Positions 15,001 to 27,525 of a DNA stretch of 64,000 nt are shown piece by piece (within the stretch, counting starts at the first letter, position 1; each line of letters opens with the position of its first letter). A program made the translations under genes and the position numbers. The notes beneath the pieces were generated by a model that was not told the DNA's origin, made no database searches, and worked only from the letters and a program-made list of their open reading frames with translations. This DNA comes from Pecten maximus. Taxonomy: Eukaryota. The stretch covers positions 42,594,001 to 42,658,000 of the forward strand of contig NC_047019.1 of NCBI RefSeq assembly GCF_902652985.1, given 5' to 3'.

Positions 15001-16103
15001 ATCTGTTGTCATCAGGTATGTATACGTCATGTCTGATCTGTTGTCATCAGGTATGTATACGTCACATCTGATCTGTTGTCATCAGGTTCGTATATGTCAT
15101 GTCTGTCTGTCCATACATTTTTGGATTCTGTACATTATCTCATGGCACTCATCCAGTGCTTCAGCAAAAAGTGCTGCTTGCTTAAGTGAGGCCTAGAAAT
15201 CAAAGGTCAAGGTCACTATAAATATAAATAGAAATCAATTTTGAACAATATTATGAGTGACGTAGTGCCAATTGCACTCAGACAGGTCAAGGTCATCGTT
15301 ACTGAAAGTAGGACAAGTAACATTCTGTTAAAATGCATCACTAAAGTCCCATACAGAAGGCCAAACGTTCTGAAATTTCAAACTAATATTGATTATTATT
15401 GGATTTTAAAAAGTTCCTGGAGTCAAAGTCTCTGATACTGATCTAAAACATTGTGAAGCATAATTTTACATAACTTCAACAGGTTAAACAATATTTAATT
15501 ATTTTTGTTTGAACTGACTGAAGGTTGATTGTAAGGCTCTAACAGAAGGCCTGACTTTCTCAAATTTCTCATAATATACACTCTTGATAAAGAGATATGG
15601 GGTTTACATCTATTAGATTTTGATGGTCATCATTCAAGGTTAAAGGGTCAAAAGATCACACTCGACCACATCTGATATGAAATGTGTGTGCAAGACATCT
15701 CAGCCAATTTAGTTCGCCATATTTTCATAAGTAAAGGTAATGTATAACATGATTTGTTTATCTGGAGCACATCAACAGTACTCGGCTATCACTGTACCAC
15801 TACAATATAACACGTACATTACAGGGACCTTTCTGACATGGCTGTACTCTAGTTTGTTTTACATATAATAGTGAGTGACAAATTGTTTTTGTTTTTTTCC
15901 AACAGGAGCAGTATCGAGAGTTGGTGAACCAGTTACTTCAGAACCAAACCGATCCCACCTACAAACAACGCCTCCTGGAGGCTTTCAACAACCTTACTCC
16001 ACCTACACTCACAATGACTATCAACCGCCAGAGCAAGATCGCATTCATGCATAACTTTGATCAGTTTCTGACAAATGTGCGTGGATTTCTGTGTGTGAAG
16101 TAG
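1..16103 (+). CDS. XPO4: Exportin-4, 3' part (13 exons; 5' end outside window)
   Basis: Exons 1-87, 4355-4514, 6445-6614, 6805-6976, 7904-8108, 9723-9811, 10571-10637, 12147-12263, 12620-12717, 13074-13204, 14178-14295, 14643-14735, 15906-16103. All are GT-AG with consistent phases. The spliced peptide (LASPGERADSIPG, AFGRDSEGAQW, LCGIAQG, ELHPEKF, TNLLSKDFIDFSD, C-terminal NVRGFLCVK*) matches the recalled vertebrate XPO4 C-terminal half. Confidence 0.95.
153..3829. repeat. 27/28-bp minisatellite (ACTCAGGGG[G]ATACACATTATGTGACCC), about 135 copies
   Basis: Directly visible; explains all THSGDTHYV and CDPLRGYTL ORFs. Confidence 0.98.
3829..4323. repeat. 38-bp minisatellite (GTCCTCGGTGTATGATAATGTATATATCCAGTGTTACA), about 13 copies
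   Basis: Directly visible; abuts the previous array and ends about 30 bp before an XPO4 acceptor. Confidence 0.97.
5477..6448. repeat. 77-bp minisatellite containing an XPO4 splice acceptor, 13 acceptor copies
   Basis: TTTCCTATTCTGTATCAG|GTGA recurs every 77 bp from 5520 to 6444. Confidence 0.97.
6995..7800. repeat. Degenerate ~25-bp tandem repeat (CAGTAATCTCCCCTTA core)
   Basis: Directly visible; degenerates toward the 3' end. Confidence 0.9.
8323..8697. repeat. 44-bp minisatellite (ACATGATCACTGCTATTCCAGCAAGTCTAGTACTTACTTTAAAA), about 8.5 copies
   Basis: Directly visible. Confidence 0.96.
9568..9741. repeat. 35-bp tandem repeat spanning an XPO4 acceptor and exon start, 5 copies
   Basis: TTTTCTATTGACAG|AC with the AG ending at 9581, 9617, 9652, 9687 and 9722. 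Confidence 0.95.
10943..12019. repeat. 38-bp minisatellite (ATGGGAAAGGAAATTACACYGGGGACYRTAGRGTTTAT), about 28 copies, two variants
   Basis: Directly visible. Confidence 0.97.
13205..14177 (+). other. U12-type (minor spliceosome) GT-AG intron of XPO4
   Basis: Donor GTATCCTTT at 13205. Branch-like TTTTCCTGAC at 14158-14167 with its A 11 nt from the AG, and no polypyrimidine tract. Splicing restores the frame (LGFSS-YGSDIT). Confidence 0.88.
13340..14146. repeat. 21-bp minisatellite (CTATATATAGAAATGTACTGA) inside the U12 intron
   Basis: Directly visible; source of the RNVLTIY ORFs. Confidence 0.97.
14715..15105. repeat. 35-bp tandem repeat spanning an XPO4 exon end and donor, 11 copies
   Basis: TGTCTGATCTGTTGTCATCAG|GTATGTATACGTCA with GT every 35 bp from 14736 to 15086. 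Confidence 0.97.
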
Positions 16104-16419
16104 TGTGGACTATATAAGTTCCCACAAAATGTTATTTGTGATTTGTTTGAATCGAATAAATATTGTTAAAAGTTATTTTCCAAGGCGGCAACCTATGAAG
16201 AGATGGACTTCAATCTTGGATATATTCACAGGAATGGAATTGATGGAAGATCTAACCTCTTGCATTAATTATATATACTGTATTCTATTTTAGCAGACCC
16301 TACAAGGTTACTCAACTTTGTGAACAGAAAACCTCCCATTCCTCATGTCTTTCAGAATGAATATTATCAAAAAGGTGGAAGTTGGAAGGAAACATATGTT
16401 GGAACAGCGCTTCCTTGTA

Positions 16420-17121
16420 AACAGGTGTAGAAGATGACCGGTAGTAACTAGTCATGACTCTTAATACCACTCCTCCCTGGTCAACAGGTGTAGAAGATGT
16501 CCGGTAGTAACTAGTCATGACTCTTAATACCACTCCTCCCTGGTCAACAGGTGTAGAAGATGACCGGTAGTAACTAGTCATGACTCTTAATACCACTCCT
16601 CCCTGGTCAACAGGTGTAGAAGATGTCCGGTAGTAACTAGTTATGGCTCTCAATACCACTCCTCCCTGGTCAACAGGTGTAGAAGATGACCGGTAATTAC
16701 TAGTCATGACTCTCAATACCACTCCTCCCTGGTCAACAGGTGTAGAAGATGACCGGTAGTAACTAGTCATGACTCTCAATACCACTCCTCCCTGGTCAAC
16801 AGGTGTAGAAGATGACCGGTAGTAACAAGTTATGGCTCTCAATACCGCTCCTCCCTGGTCAACAGATGTAGAAGATGACCGGTAGTAACTAGTCATGACT
16901 CTCAATACCACTCCTCCCTGGTCAACAGGTGTAGAAGATGACCGGTAGTAACTAGTTATGACTCTCAATACCACTCCTCCCTGGTCAACAGGTGTAGAAG
17001 ATGACCGGTAGTAACTAGTCATGACTCTCAATACCACTCCTCCCTGGTCAACAGGTGTAGAAGATGACCGGTAGTAACTAGTCATGACTCTCAATACCGC
17101 TCCCTGGTCAACAGGTGTAGA
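16420..17121. repeat. 63-bp minisatellite downstream of the XPO4 stop, about 11 copies
   Basis: Directly visible; gives the 21-aa periodic antisense ORF 16312-17094. Confidence 0.96.
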
Positions 17122-18089
17122 ATATACAGCTTCAAGCAGGGGACTGGTGTTATATGGCCCTCTTTACAATGATACCATCAACCTTGTATTATAGTTTGTA
17201 TTTTGTTTAGTGTAATGTCTGCTCTTCCAAATTGAACCATATTTTGAAATTGAAATAGTGAAGTTTTTAATGAATTTTATCTGTTTCCGATACATTAACC
17301 TTAGAATTAGTGATGCAGAATTTGTACTATTGGTTCATAATTAGTACATTTCTCAAATATCGTTTAGTCTTTTCTTCGTTATGTTGACTGTAAGGAGAAA
17401 GACAAATTGTTTGATTATATATTTTCACTATTTCCAATTTCTATTGGTCAAGTTGAAAAATGTTAAATTATTTTCAGGTGAACTCTTTCGTATGCAATAT
17501 TCATGTGCATACTAGAAATTCTGAATGCTCTGTTTCAAGAAGGAAATGAGAAGTATAATACTGCTGTGAACGAACACTTTATTGGTTCTACATCCTAATT
17601 AAATTTGAAGCACTATATGTTGATGTATTTCTGTACTAGGAGTACAGACAGGTTATCTCCTACAATTATGATGAAAAAAAAACCCCAGAAATTAGTGCTT
17701 TTAGCCGAGTGATAATGCAGATACTGCCGAGGGCTAGACGAAAGTTTTCTATAGGTGAAGGACATCAACACTAAGGTTGTCATTGGTTATAGCTCAGGTA
17801 ACCCGACAAGTTGTGTAGTCATAGGGTCAACATTCCACCTCAAAAAGTTACTTTGGTGAAAATGGATATGAAAATAGGATTATTACATGTATTAACCTCT
17901 GTTTCAGGTCTGTTAATGTTACAATATCCAGGTTAATTAATATCAGTATTCACCTCAGTCAGAATGGAACATCTATATCATTGATGGTATCAGGTGTTTG
18001 TCAGTGACCTACATCTTGTGTTCTTACCTGTAAAGGCAGAGTCCTAATATGTACCGGGGAAGGTGATGTACTGGTCCTAATACGTAAGT

Positions 18090-19490
18090 GGTATACCATT
18101 CCTAATATATAGGTGGCATACCAGTCCTAATATATAGGTGGTATAACAGTCCTAATATATAGGTGGCATACCAGTCCTTATATATAGGTGGTATACCAGT
18201 CCTAATATATAGGTGGCATACCAGTCCTTATATATAGGTGGTATACCAGTCCTAATATATAGGTGGTATACCAGTCCTTATATATAGGTGGTATACCAGT
18301 CCTAATATATAGGTGGTATACCAGTCCTAATATATAGGTGGCATACCAGTCCTTATATATAGGTGGTATACCAGTCCTAATATATAGGTGGTATACCAGT
18401 CCTAATATATAGGTGGCATACCAGTCCTTATATATATGTGGTATACCAGTCCTAATATATAGGTGGCATACCAGTCCTTATATATAGGTGGTATACCAGT
18501 CCTTATATATAGGTGGTATACCAGTCCTAATATATAGGTGGCATACCAGTCCTAATATATAGGTGGTATACCAGTCCTAATATATAGGTGGTATACCAGT
18601 CCTAATATATAGGTGGCATACCAGTCCTAATATATAGGTGGCATACCAGTCCTTATATATAGGTGGTATACCAGTCCTAATATATAGGTGGTATACCAGT
18701 CCTAATATATAGGTGGTATACCAGTCCTAATATATAGGTGGTATACCAGTCCTTATATATAGGTGGTATACCAGTCCTAATATATATGTGGTATACCAGT
18801 CCTTATATATGTGGTATACCAGTCCTAATATATAGGTGGTATACCAGTCCTAATATATTGGTGGTATACCAGTTCTAATATATAGGTGGTATACCAGTCC
18901 TTATATATAGGTGGTATACCAGTCCTAATATATAGGTGGTATACCAGTCCTTATATATAGGTGGTATACCAGTCCTAATATATAGGTGGTATACCAGTCC
19001 TTATATATGTGGTATACCAGTCCTAATATATAAGTGGTATACCAGTCCTAATATATAGGTGGTATACCAGTCCTTATATATAGGTAGTATACAAGTCCCA
19101 ATATGTAGATGGTATACAAGTCCTAATATATAGGTGGTATACCAGTCCTAATATATAGGTGGTATACCAGTCCTAATATATAGGTGGTATACAAGTCCTA
19201 ATATATAGGTGGTATACAAGTCCTAATATATAGGTGGTATACCAGTCCTTATATATAGGTGGTATACCAGTCCTTATATATAGGTGGTATACCAGTCCTA
19301 ATATATAGGTGGTATACCAGTCCTAATATATAGGTGGTATACCAGTCCTAATATATAGGTGGTATACCAGTCCTTATATATAGGTGGTATACCAGTCCTA
19401 ATATATAGGTGGTATACCAGTCCTAATATATAGGTGGTATACTAGTTCTTATGATTAGGGAGTATACCAGTCTAATACGTAGGTGGTATA
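18090..19490. repeat. 25-bp minisatellite (CCAGTCCTAATATATAGGTGGTATA), about 55 copies
   Basis: Directly visible. Confidence 0.97.
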
Positions 19491-19573
19491 ATTTACTGGA
19501 GAACAACTAAATTTCCATGTGTTCATAGTTGATTAGATCAAAATACTCTGTTTATCACATGACATAACTGTTT

Positions 19574-19710
19574 TATTTATATTTATGTTTACTGTGTTGT
19601 GTATATGTATTTATATTTATGTTTACTGTGTTGTGTATATGTATTTATATTTATGTTTACTGTGTTGTGTATATGTATTTATATTTATGTTTACTGTGTT
19701 GTATATATGT
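19574..19710. repeat. 34-bp tandem repeat, about 4 copies
   Basis: TATTTATATTTATGTTTACTGTGTTGTGTATATG repeated. Confidence 0.9.
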
Positions 19711-20749
19711 GATAGTCTTGTGATCTATGTGTTTTTTAAGGTAGGATCATGTAGTCAGTAGTTGGATGAACTCTGTGATTTCAGCATGTAACATACTCAT
19801 GCTGATGAAGTTTGTGTTTGAGAATGATTACGAGGGTGAGTGTTGTAATTGTGGAGTGAGGTTGGAGAAGAGATGTTTTATGATAGTGTGTGTGTGATAG
19901 ATCTATCAAAACCATGTTTATTTCTGTGTAGTTAACACAAGGTTGCCAACAGCGATTAGAGTTCAGTTTTATTAGTAGACACTCTGTGTTCCTTTTAACA
20001 GTGCATTACTTGCCCGGGGTGATGTTGTTTGGGATGATAATATATGCAATATTTTATGCACCATAATGAATACTCTTTTATACATTAGTGTTAAAACCAG
20101 GTCTAGCACAAAGCCATGGGGTCTGGTGTAACATTGATGTGTTGTATGTTTTATATCAGTGTTGAAGGAATCACAGTAGTGTAGATGGTCCTCTGGTTTA
20201 GGTTGATGTTTTAGGACGGTTGATACACGTTTACAGATGTATATATGTAGTGTTGCATTGTTTAGAATATTACCTGTATGTTTTGGAATGACATAGATCC
20301 TGCATTATCTGCCCTTTTATCTTCTCTTGATATCATAAGTAAGTTCATGTGGCCAAATAACAGTAGTAATGTTACTGTTTTATCTTCTCTTGATATCATA
20401 AGTAAGTTCACGTGGCCAAATAACAGTAGTAATGTTACTGAATTATCTCCCCTTGTATTGTATTATCTCCCCTGTTACATCATTACGTCACTATGACACT
20501 ATTAAAAGTGATCACAATGGAGATAGCCACACTGTGAGGCTTGAAAATGTACTTGATAAAAAATATGCTGTTGTTATTTTTGATGTGTTTACAGTTTAGG
20601 GCCTGCTTGTACAACCGATTTGCATCAGACATTCCATGTATATAAAATACTGGCCTCACAGATAGGATGGTCTTAACTAGTAGCCTTGCAGCTAATGCTA
20701 ACAGCTGTTTAGGTGTGCTTTCTATTAGTGCAATATGAAACATTTATCT

Positions 20750-21025
20750 GACGGATGCCAGACTATTATACTGTAAGAACAGTGTATATTGTCTATGCTG
20801 TAAATCAGACGGATGCCAGACTATTATACTGTAAGAACAGTGTATATTGTCTATGCTGTAAATCAGACGGATGCCAGACTATCATACTGTTAAAACAGTG
20901 TATATTGTCTATGCTGTAAATCAGACGGATGCCAGACTATTATACTGTAAGAACAGTGTATATTGTCTATGCTGTAAATCAGACGGATGCCAGACTATTA
21001 TACTGTAAGAACAGTGTATATTGTC
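20750..21025. repeat. 58-bp tandem repeat, about 4.8 copies
   Basis: GACGGATGCCAGACTATTATACTGTAAGAACAG... repeated; a degenerate repeat region follows to about 21510. Confidence 0.93.
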
Positions 21026-21654
21026 TCTTTATGCTGTAATTGTGGCCCTATGATATGTCTTATTTAACTTTTATTGTAATTAGGGCCCTGTGTAATGTAT
21101 ACTGCCACTGTATGGTAATTGAGGCCTGGTGTCATGCTTACTGCCACTGTATGCTACAATTGTGACCCTATGACATGTATCATGGCACTGTATAGTAATT
21201 GAGGCCATGTATCATGTATATTGCTACTGTAGGCTGTAGGCTGTAACCGTTGCCCTGTGACATGTATCATGTAACTGTATAGTAATTGAGGCCCTGTGTC
21301 ATGTATACTACTACTATAGGTTGCAATTGTGGCCCTATGACATGTATCATGCCACTGTATAGTAATTGAGGCCATGTATCATGTATATTGCTACTGTAGG
21401 CTATAATCAAGGCCCCGTGACATGTATCATGTAACTGTATAGTAAATGAGGCCCTGCGTCATGAATACTGTCAGTGTAGTCTGCAGTTGTGGCTCTGTAA
21501 CATGTATCATGTCCCCATAGGAAGTAATCACTGCTACTGGTTGTGGAATTGGTACCAGTATAACAAAGTCTACAGCAGGTGCAGCCATATGATGGAGAAA
21601 ACTGTCAGTGTTTGCTCTATATATACAGTACCATGTCACATATCCTCACCATAT

Positions 21655-22695
21655 TCAGCTATGTGCACTGTCTTGTTGTCCACATTCAGCCCTGTGTGCT
21701 GTAGTGTTGTCCACATTCAGTCGTGTGTGCTGTAGTGTTGGCCACGTTCAGTCCTGTGTGCTGTAGTATTGTCGACATTGAGTCCTGTGTGCTGTAGTGT
21801 TGTCCACATTCAGCCATGTGTGCTGTAGTGTTGTCCAGATTCAGCCCTATGTGCTGTAGTGTTGTCCACATACAGCCCTGTGTGCTGTAGTGTTGTCCAC
21901 ATTCAGCCCTGTGTGTTGTAGTGTTGTCCACGTTCAGCCCTATGTGCTGTAGTGTTGTCCACATTCAGTCGTGTGTGTTGTAGTGTTGTCCACATTCAGC
22001 CCTGTGTGTTGTAGTGTTGTCCACATTCAGCCCTGTGTGCTGAAATGTTGTCCACATTCAGTCGTGTGTGTTGTAGTGTTGTCCACATTCAGCCCTGTGT
22101 GCTGTAGTATTGTCCCTATTCAGCCATGTGTGCTGTAATGTCCACAGTCAGCCCTGTGTGCTGTAGTGTTGTCCACATTCAGCCATGTGTGCTGTAGTGT
22201 TGTCCACATTCAGCCATGTGTGCTGTAGTGTTGTCCACATTCAGCCCTGTGTGCTGTAGTGTTGTCCACATTCAGTCCTGTGTGTTGTAGTGTTGTCCAC
22301 ATTCAGCCCTATGTGCTGTAGTATTGTCCACATTCAGCCCTATGTGCTGTAGTGTTGTCCACATTCAGCCCTGTGTGCTGTAGTGTTGTCCACATTCAGC
22401 CCTGTGTGCTGTAGTGTTGTCCACATTCAGCCCTGTGTGCTGTAGTGTTGTCCACATTCAGCCCTGTGTGCTGTAGTGTTGTCCACATTCAGCCCTGTGT
22501 GCTGTAGTATTGTCCACATTCAGCCCTGTGTGCTGTAGTGTTGTCCACATTCAGCCCTATGTGCTGTAGTGTTGTCCACATTCAGCCCTGTGTGCTGTAG
22601 TGTTGTCCACGTTCAGCCCTGTGTGCTGTAGTGTTGTCCACATTCAGCCCTGTGTGCTGTAGTGTTGTCCATATTCAGCCGTTTGTTGAAGTGTT
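21655..22695. repeat. 31-bp minisatellite (TGTGTGCTGTAGTGTTGTCCACATTCAGCCC), about 33 copies
   Basis: Directly visible. Confidence 0.97.
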
Positions 22696-23297
22696 GTCAC
22701 TGGAGGTTTTGAATTCGGCCATGTTGAGTGAATGATCACAGTCTGAAATGTTGTTCCATATCAAGAATATTTGATTTTAGGTTTTAAATTGGGTATTAAG
22801 CTTCATTTTGGTTGTTGAGCTGTGTCCATTAGATGCTTTCACTTCAAATTGTGTTGCTTTCAGTTCACTGTGCCATTTTTTGGCCCATCCGTACACGTTT
22901 TTTGTTTTGTTTTTGTTTTTTTTTTAAATATTAGCATTGATTTAAGATGTATACATAACTAATGTAATAAAATGCTCACAGCTTTCAAGACCAATCCCAT
23001 TGTGATTCTTTCCTGATTGCACGATACTCACATTTTCATCATAGGTGCAGATAAGACTGATAGTTTTAGTAAGATTATAATTCTTGTACGGAATTTGATA
23101 GCAACATGCACATGAAGTTAGATAAGAAAACTAAGACCGATATTAAAGACAGATATTAAATACATAAATGTACATATTTACATGTCAGTCATAAATATAC
23201 ATTATAAATCGTTGCGACTCTCATACATCTTCATAATACAGTTCATGCGGGTAATTTGGTAACATTTAAAAATTCCATGAAACACTTAAGATACAGA

Positions 23298-26065
23298 TAC
23301 CTCGCTATATACATGTAAATCATTAGTACCACGCTATATACATGTAAACCACTCATACCTTGCTATATACATGTAAATCACTCGTACCTCGCTATATACA
23401 TGTAAATCACTCGTACCTCGCTGTATACCTGTAAACCACTCATACCTCGCTGTATACATATAAATCACTCGTACCTCGCTATATACATGTAAACCACTCA
23501 TATCTCGCTGTATACCTGTAAATCACTCAAACCTCGCTATATACATATAAATCACTCATATCTCGCTGTATACATGTAAATCACTCGTACCACACTATAT
23601 ACATGTAAATCACTCATACCTCGCTATATACATGTAAATCACTCGTACCTCGCTGTATACATGTAAACCACTCATACCTCGCTGTATACATGTAAATCAC
23701 TCATACCTCGCTATATACATATAAATCACTCATACCTCGCTGTATACATGTAAATCACTCATACCTCGCTATATACATGTAAATCACTCGTACCAAGCTA
23801 TATGCATGTAAATCACTCGTACCTCGCTATATACATGTAAACCACTCATATCTCGCTGTATACCTGTAAATCACTCAAACCTCGCTATATACATATAAAT
23901 CACTCATATCTCGCTGTATACATGTAAATCACTCGTACCAAGCTAAATACATGTATGTAAATCACTCATACCAAGCTATATACATGTAAATCACTCGTAC
24001 CAAGCTATATACATGTAAATCACTCGTACCTCGCTGTATACATGTAAACCACTCATACCTCGCTGTATACATGTAAATCACTCATACCTCGCTATATACA
24101 TATAAATCACTCATACCTCGCTGTATACATGTAAATCACTCATACCTCGCTATATACCTGTAAATCACTCATATCTCGCTGTATACCTGTAAATCACTCA
24201 TACCTCGCTATATACATGTAAATCACTCATACCTCGCTGTATACATGTAAACCACTCATACCTCGCTGTATACCTGTAAACCACTCATACCTCGCTGTAT
24301 ACCTGTAAATCACTCATATCTCGCTGTATACCTGTAAACCACTCATATCTCGCTGTATATATGTAAACCACTCATACCTCGCTGTATACATGTAAATCAC
24401 TCATACCTCGCTGTATACATGTAAATCACTCATATCTCGCTGTATACCTGTAAATCACTCATACCTCGCTGTATACCTGTAAATCACTCATACCTCGCTG
24501 TATACATGTAAATCACTCATACCTCGCTATATACATGTAAATCACTCATACCTCGCTGTATACATGTAAACCACTCATACCTCGCTGTATACATGTAAAC
24601 CACTCATACCTCGCTGTATACATGTAAATCACTCATACCTCGCTATATACATATAAATCACTCATACCTCGCTGTATACATGTAAACCACTCATACCTCG
24701 CTGTATACCTGTAAACCACTCATACCTCGCTGTATACCTGTAAATCACTCATATCTCGCTGTATACCTGTAAACCACTCATATCTCGCTGTATATATGTA
24801 AACCACTCATACCTCGCTGTATACATGTAAATCACTCATACCTCGCTGTATACATGTAAATCACTCATATCTCGCTGTATACCTGTAAATCACTCATACC
24901 TCGCTGTATACCTGTAAATCACTCATACCTCGCTGTATACATGTAAATCACTCATACCTCGCTATATACATGTAAATCACTCATACCTCGCTGTATACAT
25001 GTAAACCACTCATACCTCGCTTTATACATATAAATCACCAGTACCTCGCTGTATACATGTAAATCACTCGTACCTCGCTTTATACATGTAAACCACTCAT
25101 ACCTCGCTGTATACATATAAATCACTCGTACCTCGCTGTATACATGTAAACCACTCATACCTCGCTGTATACATGTAAATCACTCATACCTCGCTGTATA
25201 CATATAAATCACTCGTACCTCGCTGTATACATGTAAACCACTCATACCTCGCTGTATACATGTAAATCACTCATACCTCGCTATATACATATAAATCACT
25301 CATACCTCGCTGTATACCTGTAAATCACTCATATCTCGCTGTATACATGTAAATCACTCGTACCAATCTCGCTGTATACATGTAAATCACTCGTACCAAT
25401 CTCGCTGTATACATGTAAACCACTCATACCTCGCTGTATACCTGTAAATCACTCATATCTCGCTGTATACATGTAAATCACTCATATCTCGCTGTATACA
25501 TGTAAATCACTCGTACCAATCTCGCTGTATACATGTAAATCACTCGTACCAATCTCGCTGTATACATGTAAACCACTCATACCTCGCTGTATACCTGTAA
25601 ATCACTCATATCTCGCTGTATACATGTAAACCACTCATACCTCGCTGTATACCTGTAAATCACTCATATCTCGCTGTATACATGTAAACCACTCATACCT
25701 CGCTGTATACCTGTAAATCACTCATATCTCGCTGTATACATGTAAATCACCCATATCTCGCTGTATACATGTAAACCACTCATACCTCGCTATATACATG
25801 TAAATCACTCATACCTCACTGTATACCTGTAAATCACTCGTACCAATCTCGCTGTATACATGTAAATCACTCGTACCAATCTCGCTGTATACATGTAAAT
25901 TACTCATACCTCGCTGTATACCTGTAAATCACTCATACCTCGCTGTATACATGTAAATCACTCGTACCACGCTGTATACATGTAAATCACTCATATCTCG
26001 CTGTATACATGTAAATCACTCATATCTCGCTGTATAACGTTAAGCTTACATGTAAATTACTCAAA
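23298..26065. repeat. 29-bp minisatellite (TACCTCGCTGTATACATGTAAATCACTCA), about 95 copies
   Basis: Directly visible. Confidence 0.98.
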
Positions 26066-26491
26066 TCTCCGTAACTTACTCTATTATGTTACAGTTCTTA
26101 CACACGAAGTACACATAATTTGTTTAGCTGATAACTTAAACAAAGACCCGCCAAAAACATTTGACACATCCACAAAATAAAAAGGACTCTTTCATGGATT
26201 GGTTTATGTCCGGTGTTCACGATAGAAAACGGTGACTGCAATGAAAACATGATCACGTTGTACAAGATAAAAAGGCAGATAGCCAGATACAGAGGCCACC
26301 AATCGTAATGTTCCGCTTTCTTGTAAAGACTTGTAGGTAGCAGTGTTTAATTCATAGTCAGGTTTTCTCCGACTTAGTTCGATTAAAAAATAATACGTCT
26401 TCGTGTTTAATCGCCACTTACATGCCTAACAAGAATGTCGAAATGTATGGAGACCTGAAAACATATATTTGGCATAAACTTATTAAGTGGT

Positions 26492-27425
26492 TCAGTTAGA
26501 CGCGCTCGATTGTTCCTGAAACTCGTACATGGCGCTGGGGTTGATCCTACGCTTAGTATTACTCGTGAGACTCGCCCTGGCCTTAAGTCTGCTGGGGAAC
26601 CACATACCACATACCTGGCGAAACTTCTTTATCCGGATACTGTAAATTACAGGGTTTATAGCACTGTTGGCGTAACCGATCCACAACAGAACCAGGTGCC
26701 TGGTCCTGCTCACTGTCCCCTCGGACTGGGAAATTAGTATGTTTAGGGCGTACGGAGTCCAACACAAGACAAACGTGATGAAGAGGATAAGGATGGTTTT
26801 GAATGCTCTGGTTTTAAAACTCATGTCGAGGCTTACCCTAAACGACCTTTGTAAAACGGGTATCCCCAGTCTGCCATTGTTACTGATGACACTTACGCTG
26901 AAGTCCATGTTCGGATGGTTGTGAACCCTACTCTTGTTCTTACGAACCGATCCTAATATTTGTATGAACGAGAACGCCATTACTATGACGGGAATGAAGT
27001 ATGTGATACACAGCTTTAAAATCATGAATCCAATGTCACGTGCTTGACCGTCAAATGTAAGACGACAAATCGCGTGACTCCGGATAAATTTGTAGTCACC
27101 CCATCCAACCGTTGACGGAAACGCCATCACCATAGATATCAACCAAGAGGCGACCATCAATATCTTGGCGCGACATGTTGTCAGTTTGTCTTTTCGCTGA
27201 ACAATTATCATATATCTGTCCATGCTGATGGTAAGAATCATGAACACCCCCACAGATACGAAAGTGTCCAGCAGAAATAGCATCGCCTTACACGATTCTG
27301 GGCCTAGAACGTGCTCCTTCCAGAACAATGCAGAAAACGAAAACGTCATCGAGAAGGTCGCGGTACATATGTCACTAAACGCCATGTTGGTGAGGAGTAG
27401 ATTAATGGCAGACCTCATTGCCGAC
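26492..27425 (-). CDS. Class A orphan GPCR of the GPR45/GPR63 (PSP24) family, 5'-partial; TM1 and N-terminus fall in the gap
   Basis: The frame is open up to the gap (SAMRSAINLLL...AFSD). Motifs DRYMIIVQRKDKL, SLDMSFKTRAF, CWTPY, NPVIY-SIRIKKF and TKRRINPSA match recalled GPR63/GPR45 signatures. No intron in the visible part. Confidence 0.9.
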
Positions 27426-27525
27426 NNNNNNNNNNNNNNNNNNNNNNNNNNNNNNNNNNNNNNNNNNNNNNNNNNNNNNNNNNNNNNNNNNNNNNNNNNN
27501 NNNNNNNNNNNNNNNNNNNNNNNNN
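27426..27525. other. Assembly gap (100 N)
   Basis: Run of N; a round placeholder size. Confidence 1.

Noticed and set aside
14715-15105. CTGATGA on the - strand in most 35-bp units (tandem hammerheads?)
   Set aside because: No stem II or GAAA; it is the reverse complement of the exon's TCATCAG.
16312-17094. 260-aa antisense ORF with a 21-aa period
   Set aside because: The 63-bp unit is a multiple of 3 and happens to lack a stop in one frame; non-ATG start, no domain, lies just downstream of XPO4.
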